A DNA stretch of 63,725 nt, the filler included, from Intoshia linei (lineage: Eukaryota > Animalia > Orthonectida): NCBI GenBank assembly GCA_001642005.1. It is 4 parts of 4 records of this genome, joined end to end, with 100 filler letters (N's around TTAATTAATTAA, not from the genome) between each part and the next. Parts side by side here need not be neighbours in the genome. Positions count along the whole stretch, not along the records: positions 1 to 19,701 come from LWCA01000743.1; 3 more parts are not named here. The stretch is one strand, 5' to 3'. Under the pieces are notes generated by a model. It ran no database searches and was not told where the DNA came from. It saw only the letters and a program-made list of their open reading frames with translations. A program made the position numbers and the translations under genes. This document shows positions 1-12,400 of this stretch, in pieces (the first letter of the stretch is position 1; each line of letters starts with the position of its first letter).

Positions 1-566
1 TAAAAAAATTGAACTATTGGCAAATATACCTAAATTTGACATCCTCAATTTACCTAAAAATTAAATTATCTACGGCAGATATCAAACTCTACACGTCAAC
101 ATATGGTATTGCTACGACAAATTCTATGGATTCAACAAAGGATCTTAGTTTCTTTGAAGAAAAAAAAGGCAGTTATGAATGACTTAAATGACCTAATCTT
201 TAAAATCATTTTGACTAATTTTAATCTTATATATATATCAAGGAAAAGTTAAATTCAATGGATCGTATAACAATAAAAAATGTATTGTCACAATACCATA
301 AAATAGGATGCCTTATGAGCTTTAAAGTCCATTTGTTACAATGTCATTTCAACAAATTACCAGATACACATCTTGATTCTGATGAACATGGGGAACGTTT
401 CCATCAAACTTTGAAAAAATTTGAAGAAAGATTCGCCGGAAAAAATATGATATCAATGATTAAAGATTATGTGTGGTACACAAAAAACACCAAATTGTCA
501 TAAATAAATTTTTTTAAATATAAATCTACATATTTTTAACGCTTTATAGATTTTTTTTGAAATCTA
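1..566 (+). mobile_element. DNA transposase 3' remnant, copy 1 (Chapaev3/CMC-like)
   Basis: ORF 258-503 has MSFKVHLLQCH...DSDEHGERFHQ...MIKDYVW, the C-terminal motif of the invertebrate SLKxHFL..SDEQGERFHQ..MxDYCW transposase family. Confidence 0.7.
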
Positions 567-599
567 NCTATTTTTGTTATGTCAAAGAAAATATCAATT

Positions 600-1163
600 T
601 AAAAAAATTGAACGATTGGCAAATATACCTAAATTTGTCTTCCTCAATTTACCCAAAAATTAAATTATCTACGGCAGATACCAACACGTTAACATCTGGT
701 ATTGATACGACAAATTCTATGGATTTAACAAAGGATTCTAGTTTCTGTGAAGAAAAAAAAACCAGATATGAATGACTTAAATAACCTAATCTTTAAAATA
801 ATTAAAATAATTTTGACTAATTTTAATCTTATATCAAGGAAAAGATAAATTCAATGGATCGTATAACATAATAAAAAATCTATTATGACAATACCATAAA
901 ATATAATGCTTTATGAGCTTCAAAGTCATTTGTTACAATGTCATTTCAACAAATTACCAAATACACATCTTCATTCTGATGAACATAGGTAACGTTTCCA
1001 TCAAACTTTGAAAAAATTTGAAGAAAGATTCGCCGGAAAAAATATGATATCAATGATTAAAGATTATGTGTGGTACACAAAAAACACCAAATTGTCATAA
1101 ATAAATTTTTTTAAATATAAATCTACATATTTTTAACGCTTTATAGATTTTTTTTGAAATCTA
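600..1163 (+). repeat. Second, more degenerate copy of the 1-566 segment
   Basis: Near-identical to 1-566 with scattered substitutions and frameshifts; the copies are separated by a single N at 567. Confidence 0.85.
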
Positions 1164-1262
1164 ACCAAATTTTCATTGCTAATACAGTATAAGGTACACA
1201 TTTTGGGGTAGATGGTATATATCAAAATGTTCTGCTCTTTTCAAAAAAAACCAATTTTTTTT

Positions 1263-1952
1263 GGTCCTTATTTAGTTTAAGACCAATAGTTTGAACTTTT
1301 TTATTTTGTTTTGTTGTTTTTTCGATCGATACAAAAATTATTTATACCAATTATTGACTGTAAAATCGATGTTTTATGATATTTTTGAAAGCATTATTAG
1401 AGAATCTATTAAGTTGAAATTTGTTAAATTTTTAATCCAATACATACTGTATTATAAGTCCAGTTATATTATATTTTTAACTTTGAAACTGAAAAAGAAA
1501 TGACCATTAATCAATGAATTAAAAAATAAATAATGAATGTTTAATGGTTTCAAAACATGATTAACATTGTATTACTTAAATTAAAATTAAATTTTTTTTT
1601 TTTTTAAAGTTTTATGGGATGATATATTTAACCCATAAATAAATAAGTCTTAGAATTTGAGCGAATGTCAAATGACTTTTTTCAAAAAAGGTTCCAGTTC
1701 TCACAAACATCGATTTAAATAAAAAATAAATTAAAAAATTAAATTACAATTCGACCCCGCTTTAGGGAAAACCTCGGTGTGGGGCATACTCGTGTTTTGG
1801 GGCACTTTTCAAAAAATGGTGTCCCAATCCGAGGTCTGACTGTATTATTTTAGTCCAAATGACAAATGGACTTGTTTATAAATTATTAAATTTAATTTAA
1901 TTTTTTATTTATAAAAAAGTTTAAACTATTGGTCTTAAACTACATAAGGACC
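1263..1952. mobile_element. Non-autonomous TIR element (MITE) with GG termini
   Basis: ~40-bp TIRs GGTCCTTATTTAGTTTAAGACCAATAGTTT.. / ..AAACTATTGGTCTTAAACTACATAAGGACC; T-run on both sides (possible 8-9 bp TSD). Confidence 0.75.
1747..1842. mobile_element. Small pogo/Tigger-like MITE remnant nested in the 1263-1952 element
   Basis: TA|CAATTCGACCCCG ... CCGAGGTCTGACTG|TA, degenerate TIRs with TA flanks. Confidence 0.35.
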
Positions 1953-3529
1953 TTTTTTTTAAAAATTAGGGTAAAGGTTCGGATCAATTTTTTATCTACA
2001 GTAAATATCGTAAATTTTCGATTGGAATATGTTATTTACTTATATACACTTGACGTTAATTTTTAATTTTTATTGAAATTATATTTTTAAAGGGTCACAA
2101 AATTGAATTTAACATCAACTTGAATATAACTTAATTCTATATATTATATAAATTTCTTTATATATACTTTAAAAATGAAATATCTCAAGATTACGATCTA
2201 ATCAGATAGAATGACAAACATTATTCGAATCCTGACAGTATTATCTAAGCCATACACTAAATTTTGTTCTGCTCTTTCAAAATTTTTCTGAAAATGTTGT
2301 ACCGTGTAACATATGATTTCATATACCACTCTTGGATTCAAGTTATCAAAATATATTATATTCAAAAAAACTGTAGGTGAAAATTATTGATGTTAGATAT
2401 ACCAATCATCATAGTTGGTATTTATAGATCCTTCAAAAAGTTTAAGAAACACTGCATTAGACCTTAATGATTAAGGTTCATATCTTTTTTAAATTATGAA
2501 AATTTGAAAGACGGGTATGTAGTTGGGTGTATTTTTGAATACAGATCAGAATTTAAAAAATCGATTTTCAATAAAGTCAGTAGCGACATTACGAACATTA
2601 AACTATTAAGTAATTAAAAAAAGAAGTTAAAATTTAAGTTTATTTTTTTTATTTTTTTATAATTAAACTTAAATTTCTGCTTCGTTTATAAAAAAAAATT
2701 AAAAACTTTTGTATATTTTAATCAATCATGTTCAGTTGCATCTATGCAACTTTATTTTTTGTAACTCTTTTTTCATATATTTCTTAACTTTTTATGGTCT
2801 TGCGCGAGGTTCACAATTGAAGTATGAGATTTTACATACTTGTAGAGAATAAAAAATGAACTCATGGCAAAAATACTTTTTTTCTCGTTAACTAGGTTAA
2901 CACCATAGTGTACATTCTTAAAATTGGGAATTAAAAACATTTATAAATAACTAAATTTTAATCGGAATATATCACAACCGAACCACCGTGGTACACTGTA
3001 CCAAATACCCTTATCTGAATCTTTGAATAAATTTTTGTAAAATAGGGTGTTATTTTGCTAAATTGAACATTAAAAAATTATTTTTTTGAATATCATAATT
3101 ACATTGCGTAAATATAAAATGTAAAGTCTAGAGCGGGCTATGGGTTATATGACACTACGGATTGTTTGGGAAAATTGTTTTTTTGGGTAGGATTTTTATT
3201 TTTTGGTGGCCTAGATCTGGTAGATTCGGATTTGATGTATAAGATGACTATTGACAAATATTTTATTATCATATATAGGTTACTAGAAATTATGGACAAA
3301 TAAATTATAACAGAAGAGTCGGTCAAAGTGTAGCTAACTTGGTTGTGTCTTTTGTTAATTCTATCAATGCATCTGAAATATTGGGTGATAAATAAATATA
3401 TTTGTATTTTTTTTTCAACTCGTCAATGAACTTATCAATAATAGCTAATTGACAACGGTGGTTGATTTGCTGGTTTTTATTACTCACAAAAATAATGATG
3501 TTAATTTTTTTAATCTATAAATGATAATT

Positions 3530-4048
3530 TGTATAAATGTCGTATAGAATGTGTACAACTGTGAAGTGTACACATTCCACGGGCAAGTCGTAGAATGTAC
3601 ACATCTTATGGATAAGTCGTATAGTATACAGTACAGATTAACGTAACAAGGCAGGATATATTATTAAGATTAAAAATAATTAATTCAATTTATTAGATAT
3701 AAAATTTATAACTGGAAACACGATATTTGACACAGAAACCAATTGATAACTAATCAATTATTTTGTTTTCTAAAAATCTTAAAAACCCCTCTTGGAAGTT
3801 TAGTTCAAAAAAAATCGTAATTAAATGGTTTGAATTTAACTAAATGAAAGTTTTACAAATAAAAATCAATTTAAAAATAAACATTAACTTGTTAATTTAA
3901 CTCAATTGGTAAATTCGTTGTTAGCAAAGCATCAATTATGTATCTAACTCTGAATTGGCGTCTAAGACACATTCTTACTCAAATATATTCTACGACCTGG
4001 TCGTGGAATGTGTACAACTGTGAAGTGTACACATTCTATGCAACATAC
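3530..4048. mobile_element. Foldback-type element, same family as 37185-37676
   Basis: Ends TGTATAAATGTCGTATAGAATGTG / CACATTCTATGCAACAT; palindromic GAATGTGTACAACTGTGAAGTGTACACATTC near both ends; internal unit AAAAACCCCTCTTGGAAGTTTAGTTCAAAAAAA. Confidence 0.65.
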
Positions 4049-4161
4049 TTGACTTGGAAATTAATAAAAACCATTTTTGCTCGTGTTTATATGCTGCTAT
4101 GGATAAAAAATGCACAATTCGATAAAGTTTATCTTTAAAGACAAACTATTCAAATTGAAAA

Positions 4162-6429
4162 ATGACATCGAAATCAACAAGTACTTATAATCGATTGAAT
4201 TGGGAAGAATCTGTAATTAAAAATTTTATCATAGATTAAATTTCTCGTAGGAATTTGCAATATTATGCGAAACTTGTTTGGGAGTGAATCCATTTATTCG
4301 GATGACGAAAGAAAAATATGGCCGAGAATGTAAAATTTGTAACAGACCATTTACAGTGTTTCGATGGTGTCCTGGTCGTGGTATGAGATTTAAAACCACT
4401 CAAATTTGTCAAACGTGTTCAAAAATGAAAAATGTATGTCAGACTTGTATATTTGATTTGAATTATGGTAATTTTATATTATTATGTGATTAAAATAAAG
4501 CTGAAAAGAGTAATTTAATATTAAAACTTTAAATCATTTGATCTAATCAATATCTCTAGGTTTACCCGTTGAAGTTCGAGACACAGCAATGAAAATAAAA
4601 GATGACGCTCCGCGTGAAGGAGTGAATCGAGAATACTATACTCAAAACATGCGAAACGAGGTTTTTATGATAAATAAATTCATTAATTTTTTAGCTCAGT
4701 GTATCTCAAGCCGGCCAACCATTGTCACAGTTTGATCCAACGAATGCGGATCAAAATCCAATGCTCAAACGAATGTCGCGTACTGAGCCGTATTACAAAC
4801 GTAACTTGCCTCATCTCTGTTCTTTTTGGATTAAAGGCGCTTGCAAACGTGGAGAAGAATGTCCATATAGGTATTGAAAAGTTAATGTATTATTATTATT
4901 ATCAATAGACACGAAAAGCCTTCCGATCCAGATGATCCTTTATCTGTTCAAAATATTAAAGACAGATATTATGGATCTAATGATCCTGTAGCTCAAAAAA
5001 TTTTATCTCAATACAATTCACTTCCAAGTATTGTCGCACCAGAAGATAAAACCATTACTACAATTTATATTGGCAATGTTAATAAAGCTGTTCATGAACG
5101 AGATTTAAGGTTTATTTTGTTATTTTTTTGTTTTAATTTGGTGTAGGAGCTACTTTTATCAGTTTGGCGAAATTAGATCTATTATTATGGCGTATAAGCA
5201 CAACTGTTCATTTGTCAATTTTACTACACGCAGAGCAGCCGAATTAGCCATCAACTCTTGCTCGACTGGAGTCGTAATCAAGGGTATACTACTCAACTTG
5301 AACTGGAGTAAATCCGTAGGTGTTAAAACTGACGATGAATCAAATTACCCTATTGTTCCAGGATTGCCAGGTAATTTACGACTTTATAAACTAAGCTTTG
5401 TTTTAACTAATTTCCTTAATACGCCATGTATTACTATTTTGTGGTTCAAGAAACTTTGTTTACAAATTTTATATTTTTTGACAATCATCTGCAGTATGAG
5501 AACCCAAAACTAATAATAGTTTGATTTAATGTTAGGATTTCTAAGATGAATACAGTATACTTCGCTAACCTAAGTGGTATAAATCATTTTAATTTTTTGG
5601 GAAAAGGTGGCGCTAAAAAAATGTTTAGCAGTTACTGACAGTACATAGGCAAAGCCGTGGACAGGGAGGACTAGAGGCCATATGCCCGGGCTTACAATCA
5701 TGAGGGGCCTACTTTTTAAATTTAATAATAGGTGACGTTGGAAAATGTTTTAAGTATACCAAAATTTCGATAACTAATACGATTTCCCACGGTTATTTTT
5801 AATTTATATTTAATGAACGATCGCTTAAGCAATGCATAGAGGTCTACAATTTCCAACTGGCTAAGGCTTCACGGGCCTATAAATAGGACATTGATAATTT
5901 TCAGGGTGTAATCTATTAAAAATTACTCTTTAAGTCATTCTTGTGATTCAATTTTTGAATCACGTTATGAAAATATTTGGTAGGATAGCCTTAAGGTAAT
6001 GGTTAATGATTTTATTTATTTTTAACACTTCCTTTATGAGAAAATTGGACAAAATCTTAGTAGAAAAAAGTTTTAGTAATTTTTGATGGGATAACTGTTG
6101 GCTTATTTATTGAAATATGTTTGTGTCACGTTTATAAATTAAGTCTTCCTCTATACCTATTTTACTGTCAATATGATAATAATTACAATGGATGTGATAA
6201 TGCTAAATTCAAAGTGAAATGTTATGGAAATATTTATTATATTTTAGACGCTTCAAATTTTGTTCCAAGCAAAACTATTCAAATTAATCCTAATCCTCAT
6301 ATTGCACCACCTCCTCCAAAATATCCTAAAAATGATGAAGACAGTAAAAATGGTAATTATGTTCCACCGCCTCCTAGTAAGGAGGTATATTATCCAAGTC
6401 AAAACCCAAATAGGTCTGGTGATATGTAA
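4162..6429 (+). CDS. RBM22: Pre-mRNA splicing factor RBM22 (Cwc2/Slt11 family), 7 exons
   Basis: Exons ~4162-4212, 4251-4467, 4560-4660, 4695-4870, 4909-5109, 5147-5370, 6249-6429. Motifs [39 protein letters not shown] finger [23 protein letters not shown]-terminal [11 protein letters not shown]. Confidence 0.96.
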
Positions 6430-6767
6430 TATACATATTTGTAATATATTTTCATTAAATAATCTAATTTTTATCTTCTGTCATGAATCATGATTAAAAA
6501 GTCAATGTTCGTTTTTTCAATTCTTACTAAGAATCTCAGAATTTATATATTTAATTTTAGTACGTAAAAAAATATTCACTTTTTTTACTTACTCATACAA
6601 AAAAATAATTATAAAATATAATTCTAAAACAAAATATATCCAATAATTATTTAACGGTCTAGTCGCCTTGTTCTTAAACATACAACTCTACGGAACACTT
6701 ATTTCAACAATTTTTCGCTGACCCATAAAAAATTTCTAAATCACTTAATAGATTAAAGATTTGATAA

Positions 6768-7902
6768 CACTGTCCAACAAAATTTCGACAAACTGACCAA
6801 AAGTCTTGTTATATGTAAGTGAACCAGTATAAATCTATTTTCAAAAAAAATTTATTAATTTCAAGATTGGCTTTGGATTTAATTAAGGGTCAAAGTTTTT
6901 CTTTAAAGAGGTACACTCCACCGTGAGATCTATTTACAATTAATATTGTATATTAAAAATGGTAAACTCAAATTAGTCGTCGGTAAATTTTTATTTATAA
7001 TAGCGTCTACATATGTATAAAAAAAATTGTCATTAATTAACTATAATTTTATTTATTTATTTTATTTTAATTTTAAGGCAACATCGACAAACAATATGAA
7101 ATAAAAATTTTATGGATGTATTACTTACATTACACGTAAAATCAACTTTTTCGGGTTACCCCTAGATGATCAAGGATGTAAGTGAGAGATATAAATTTCA
7201 AAAATTAATATATAAGAAGGTATCAATTAAAAGTATATAATAAAAAAAGTAATAATTAGATAAATTTAAAATTTATTTTTTTATTGAACACCACCAAACA
7301 AAATCACAAATCCTATTTAATGATCTACATCTTCCAAAACGTCTGTCATATAACATCATAGTTTGATGAAATTGTTCACCCTTTTTGTCTGACTACATAC
7401 CGCAGTTTAGCGCAAAGAAATCTAAATGACATTCTAGGTAATGCATTTTTATGGTATAAAGGCAGTTAATGGTATTTTATCAATAATTCTTCGATTAAAT
7501 CTTTGTAATTTTCAGATCGATTGTTTCCAAGAAAAAATGAGATTACATTTTCCAAAGTATTAAACACATTTTTTTGTTCAGGTTTAAGGGTAGATCGAAA
7601 ATGTACATCTTTTAATAGTTTTCTAATTTGTGGGCCATTAATTTAGCGTCGCTAAAATTAGGAAAAATTTTTTTTAATGATGGCAATGCCTTTGGTGGTC
7701 CATCGATATTGTATTGTCTATTCAATCCACATAAAAATTGTTTAATTAATTAAAGTTTTATATGAAGTAGTGGTAAAATTATTTTGCATCAGACGATCAC
7801 GATCTTTAAAAAGTAAAACAAAATATTCATTAAAAAGGTTTAACAGTCAGTAATTTATTTATGATGGTCGCAGTAAGTTTGTAGTATACGTGTTGGACAG
7901 TG
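6768..7902 (-). mobile_element. Chapaev3-like DNA transposon, internally deleted
   Basis: 12-bp perfect TIR CACTGTCCAACA/TGTTGGACAGTG, 3-bp TAA TSD; minus-strand decayed transposase pieces (LPLLHIKL, GPQIRKLL, KMHYLECHLDFF, GEQFHQ). Extra right TIR+TAA at 8171-8185. Confidence 0.8.
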
Positions 7903-9466
7903 TAATTTTTGGTTTAAATGTTTGGTGAGAATGCAATTATAAAATTAACTCATCGCTTTAATTAATTGAAAGATGTAATAAAAGTTTGATTTGACATATA
8001 AAAAATGTCACTATATTTTTTTTGTGGGTATAAATTTAATAGAATAGAACAATTACTATTTAAAATATGACATGTTTTACGATCTTAAATTGTAAAAATA
8101 TTTATATCGTTAGAATCACAAAAATTAGTTGATTATTTTAATATATGTTACATTTAGTTTCGTTTTGCAATGTTGGACAGTGTAATAGCAAAAATAGAAG
8201 ATATCAATTTGAAATTAAAAAAGATTTGTCCATTTTTAGTTAAACTGCACCATGTTCCATGGATCAGAGTAGAATCTACCATGATCGAGTCCACTCAAAA
8301 ATTAAAAATAGCCACTGAAATTTATTTGCAATATATCCTTTATACCATATAATCCAATCCATTAACAAAAAACATTAACAAATTAACTTTGTCACACAAA
8401 ATAGTTATCGCCGAAAATAAATTTTTTATAAAGATCTCAATTTGGAAAATTTATCATCATTCTAAAAAATTTCGAATGATTCCACAGAAAAGGGTTCTCT
8501 GTAAGGTAGATTCGGTTTTGCCATAGATATTTTCAATTTAATTTCACATTTTGAAAAATAAACAATGCTACCAACATCAAACTGGTGCCAGCCCTGCTTA
8601 TTTTATATTTAAAAAATCTTTACATTTGTATTTCATATACATTCAAACATATTATTCGCCTGATTAATTTTTATTTACAAATAATAATTAATTTCTATAA
8701 AGGTTAATAACATTACTAATTTTTCAATATATAAAATAGAGTATTTATAATTTTTTCGACCAGCTAACTACGGCTAGCATATTGTTGCTGCTACTGGCAC
8801 CCACACCAAACTGGTGGAAGTAATGCTGGTGTCACCCTGTGGATAACATTTTTATGCTATTTGTATCAGTCAAAATATAAATTATACATGGTTGAAATTA
8901 AATTAAAAACTTTATATGCATGTATATTCAAACAATTGCTTTACCAAAACATACAATTGGAATTGATATAATTATGCCAATATGAAAGCTGAAATTCTTA
9001 TAAAATAGTCAAACAAGCTAGATGGAAGGTTAAAATATAATGTATAAAAGGCGATAGAAGATTTAAATATATACTGTACTGAATTTTATCTAAATTTAGT
9101 TATTACTATTAAAGAAATAATTATTGAGATATAAAAAGAAGGTTTGGAGAAATGTTACTTTATTGTGAGCAACTGCATTGCGTGAACAAAAAGGTATGAA
9201 CAACACACCGATCAAAATTTATGAAAATGTAGTCAAATTTCTGAATATAAATAAGTATAAGCAATATAGTAACTACGATTATAATTATTTACAAAAACCC
9301 GATAACACAATTTTAAATAAAATTTTTAATTTTTGCTTCAATCGAATAAAAAAATTTGTTGCATCTTAACATTCTTGTATTAAAATATCAAAAAAAATTT
9401 GAAATATTATTTAACAAATGATACTAGTCATGGAAAAATAACAAACATTTAAAGATATTTTCGAAA

Positions 9467-12400
9467 ATGAATAATTTGAAATATATAATTGAAAAATTAA
9501 ATCAACCACCATTCAACAAAAATTATACATTAATTAAATTGAATTCGCTAAAAAATGATGCACTGTTACAAGATTTGATGGACATTATATGTCATATTGA
9601 AAATAAGGTAAACAAACCATTATATTGTATATGAGATGAGCAGACATTGAAGCATTAATATTCAATGTTCAGTTGTAATTCTAATTTAAAAATTTAAAAA
9701 ACATTGATTGAAATTTTTTCTCTAAACCAGCGGTTCCAAAATAAGGGTATTGGGCCCCTAAGGTGTCCCAAAAACTAATTTAGGTTACCAGCTCGTATGA
9801 TACTACATATATGTATGCTCAGTGAGCATTGCTCACACTTTATGATTCATAAATGTATTCATATAGTGCGTGGGTTCTTACCTGGGTGCTAAATCGGTTT
9901 TTGGGGTGCCAGAAAATTTTAGAATAAAAATAAAGTTAAATATATTTATTCATTTAACTTTTTATTTTAAATTTCAAAATATTCAAATTGAGGGAGTTTG
10001 ACTTTACTAATAATTAAAAATTTTGCTAACGGACCACAAAAAGTATTCAAAGGCCAGTGTGCAATTTTACATTAAATAATTTAATTTTAAAAATTATAGA
10101 AAAGTGTTGATATTAGAGATATTGATCAAAGTGTTACAATTTCTCAAATATTGCAGTCACTGAGGATTTTCAAATACAAACCACCGATAAGCTACTCGTA
10201 TATATTTATTACTACTGCATACATTCTTACTATTTCTCTAAATTAGAATAAATTTTAAAAATTTGTTGGAGCAAGTTGACAAAAATTTAATATTCCAAAT
10301 AATTGGATGGGCATTGGAAAATATTAACGATTTAAAGAGACGAGCATACCTAGGGAAATATTTGGTTAAAATTGATGTTCCAGTGGAATATCGACATGAT
10401 ATAATCATGTCTGATTTATTGCAACAGGTAATTTCAAATTCATCAAAATTAATGCAAACCCGACCAATACCAGCAGTAATAGATGACAGCCCCACGGCGT
10501 CAACAGTGAAAACTTTTTGATACCCATGCGAATAAAATGAAATTTTTGGCTTAATCCTTTCAAAAAACAATTACAAAAAATAGCAACTCTTATTTTACTA
10601 AAATTCTAAAACGCGTTGGCTACTATTTATTATTATTATTATTATTTTCACATCTAAATATATTAATACAATACAAAAAAGAGTATAATTATAGTATACT
10701 CATAAATAAAGTCATCATAAACGGTTTTATCAATAATTTCATCATTTTTTTAGTTATGATGATTTACAACCGATATAATGTATTGTGTAACAATTCACCT
10801 TAGACTAAAGTCAAAATAATTTAATTAAATTTTTAATTTTGGTGAAATAATTGAATTGGTTATTTATTTAGCTATGTTTTTGGATTGTTCAAAAATATTG
10901 CAAAAAGGGAGTTTTTCCTTCATGGTTGGTAAAATTGGTTAAATTAAAAAATATAGGAAAAATAGGATTTTTACATAAAACGGATATTTTTTGGTAACAT
11001 TATTATTATTTATTACATGTAATAAATGTAAATATTATTAAATTGTAATGACGGGATAAAAGATGGGATTTTGGAAATCATAATGTATCGATATTTTTGG
11101 CTTTGGTATAAAATCCCAACATCTGGCAACTCTGCAATAATGAAATAAATATAAACAGAAATATAAAATAATTTTTTAATTATGCTGGTAACGTCTTTGA
11201 TCACTCATTTGGTTAAAAATGAAACTCAGAAAATGGTAAACCATGGTTAAAATCGTAGGTTTTTATTTGATGTATAATTTGAATATTATAAAATAAATTA
11301 GTACAACGTTTGTATCGAAAATTTCAAAATATCTCATAAAAACCGAGAAACAATGAAATCTAGTGAATTAAATACAGGTGAATTGAAATATGACATTGTT
11401 GAAATGGAAAAGGAAAAAGAACAACTAAGTCGTAGAGTTGAAAGGATAAAAACAAAAGCATCCTCCATTCAAAACCTGGATTTAATTATTCCTGCTGCCA
11501 AAAAATATAGAAATGAATATGAACGACATCAAACACTCAAAATGGAAGAATTGCAACAGAGGCAAATTGTATTTTATTTTATATATATTAAAATTTACAC
11601 AAAAATTAGATTCGACATTTGGAAAGTAAATTGAATCGTCTAGAAAAAAATTTGGTTGATGCTCAACAAAATAGTTTGGCGGCAACAGAATCAGGTTAGA
11701 TTTGTCTACATTTTTAATAGCATTCATTAAATATTGAACTAGAATACATATACAAAATATATGTACAATAAATGCATAAATAGATTCAAAACATTTATAA
11801 TAATTTACATTAAATTTTTCTATTAAAATAATATGAAATTAATTTCGAAATCACATCAATAATGTAACATATACAACATTGAATTTAGGGCATGTCTTCT
11901 TAACCTGAATGCTAAATCAGTTTTTTGAGTGGCAGATAATTTTTATTTAGTTAATAAGTTAAATTAAATCTGAAAATAAAGTTAAATTAATGTCAAATTC
12001 TGTTTATTAATATATAACATTTAAATATGTAAATATTAACATGTGCGAAAAAAAATCAAAATAATGATTATATTTGTTATGGATTTACTAAAATAAATGA
12101 TATTGATAAATTGGACAAACTACAGTGTTTTTTATTGTAATGTTCTGAGGTTTGAAGGTCTCTAGATTTATCAGCGAAACTTATTCAATGATTTTAAGAC
12201 AATCGCGACAATCGCTCACTCTATGACAACTATACAACTACGCTATAACAACTAAACAACTAACTGGTACAACACTACACCTCTCACCAAACCTTACAAT
12301 TCGATTGCCAGGGCACCAAGGCGCGGCTACCCACTAACTGACTGGTATTTTTGACGATTTTTCATGTCGACAAGTTTACTGACATTTAGGTCATTTGGTA

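Noticed and set aside
1-1163. Apparent ~600-bp tandem duplication (similarly ~53405-53812)
   Set aside because: Junction is a single N, typical of scaffolded overlapping contigs or haplotypes; may be an assembly artefact
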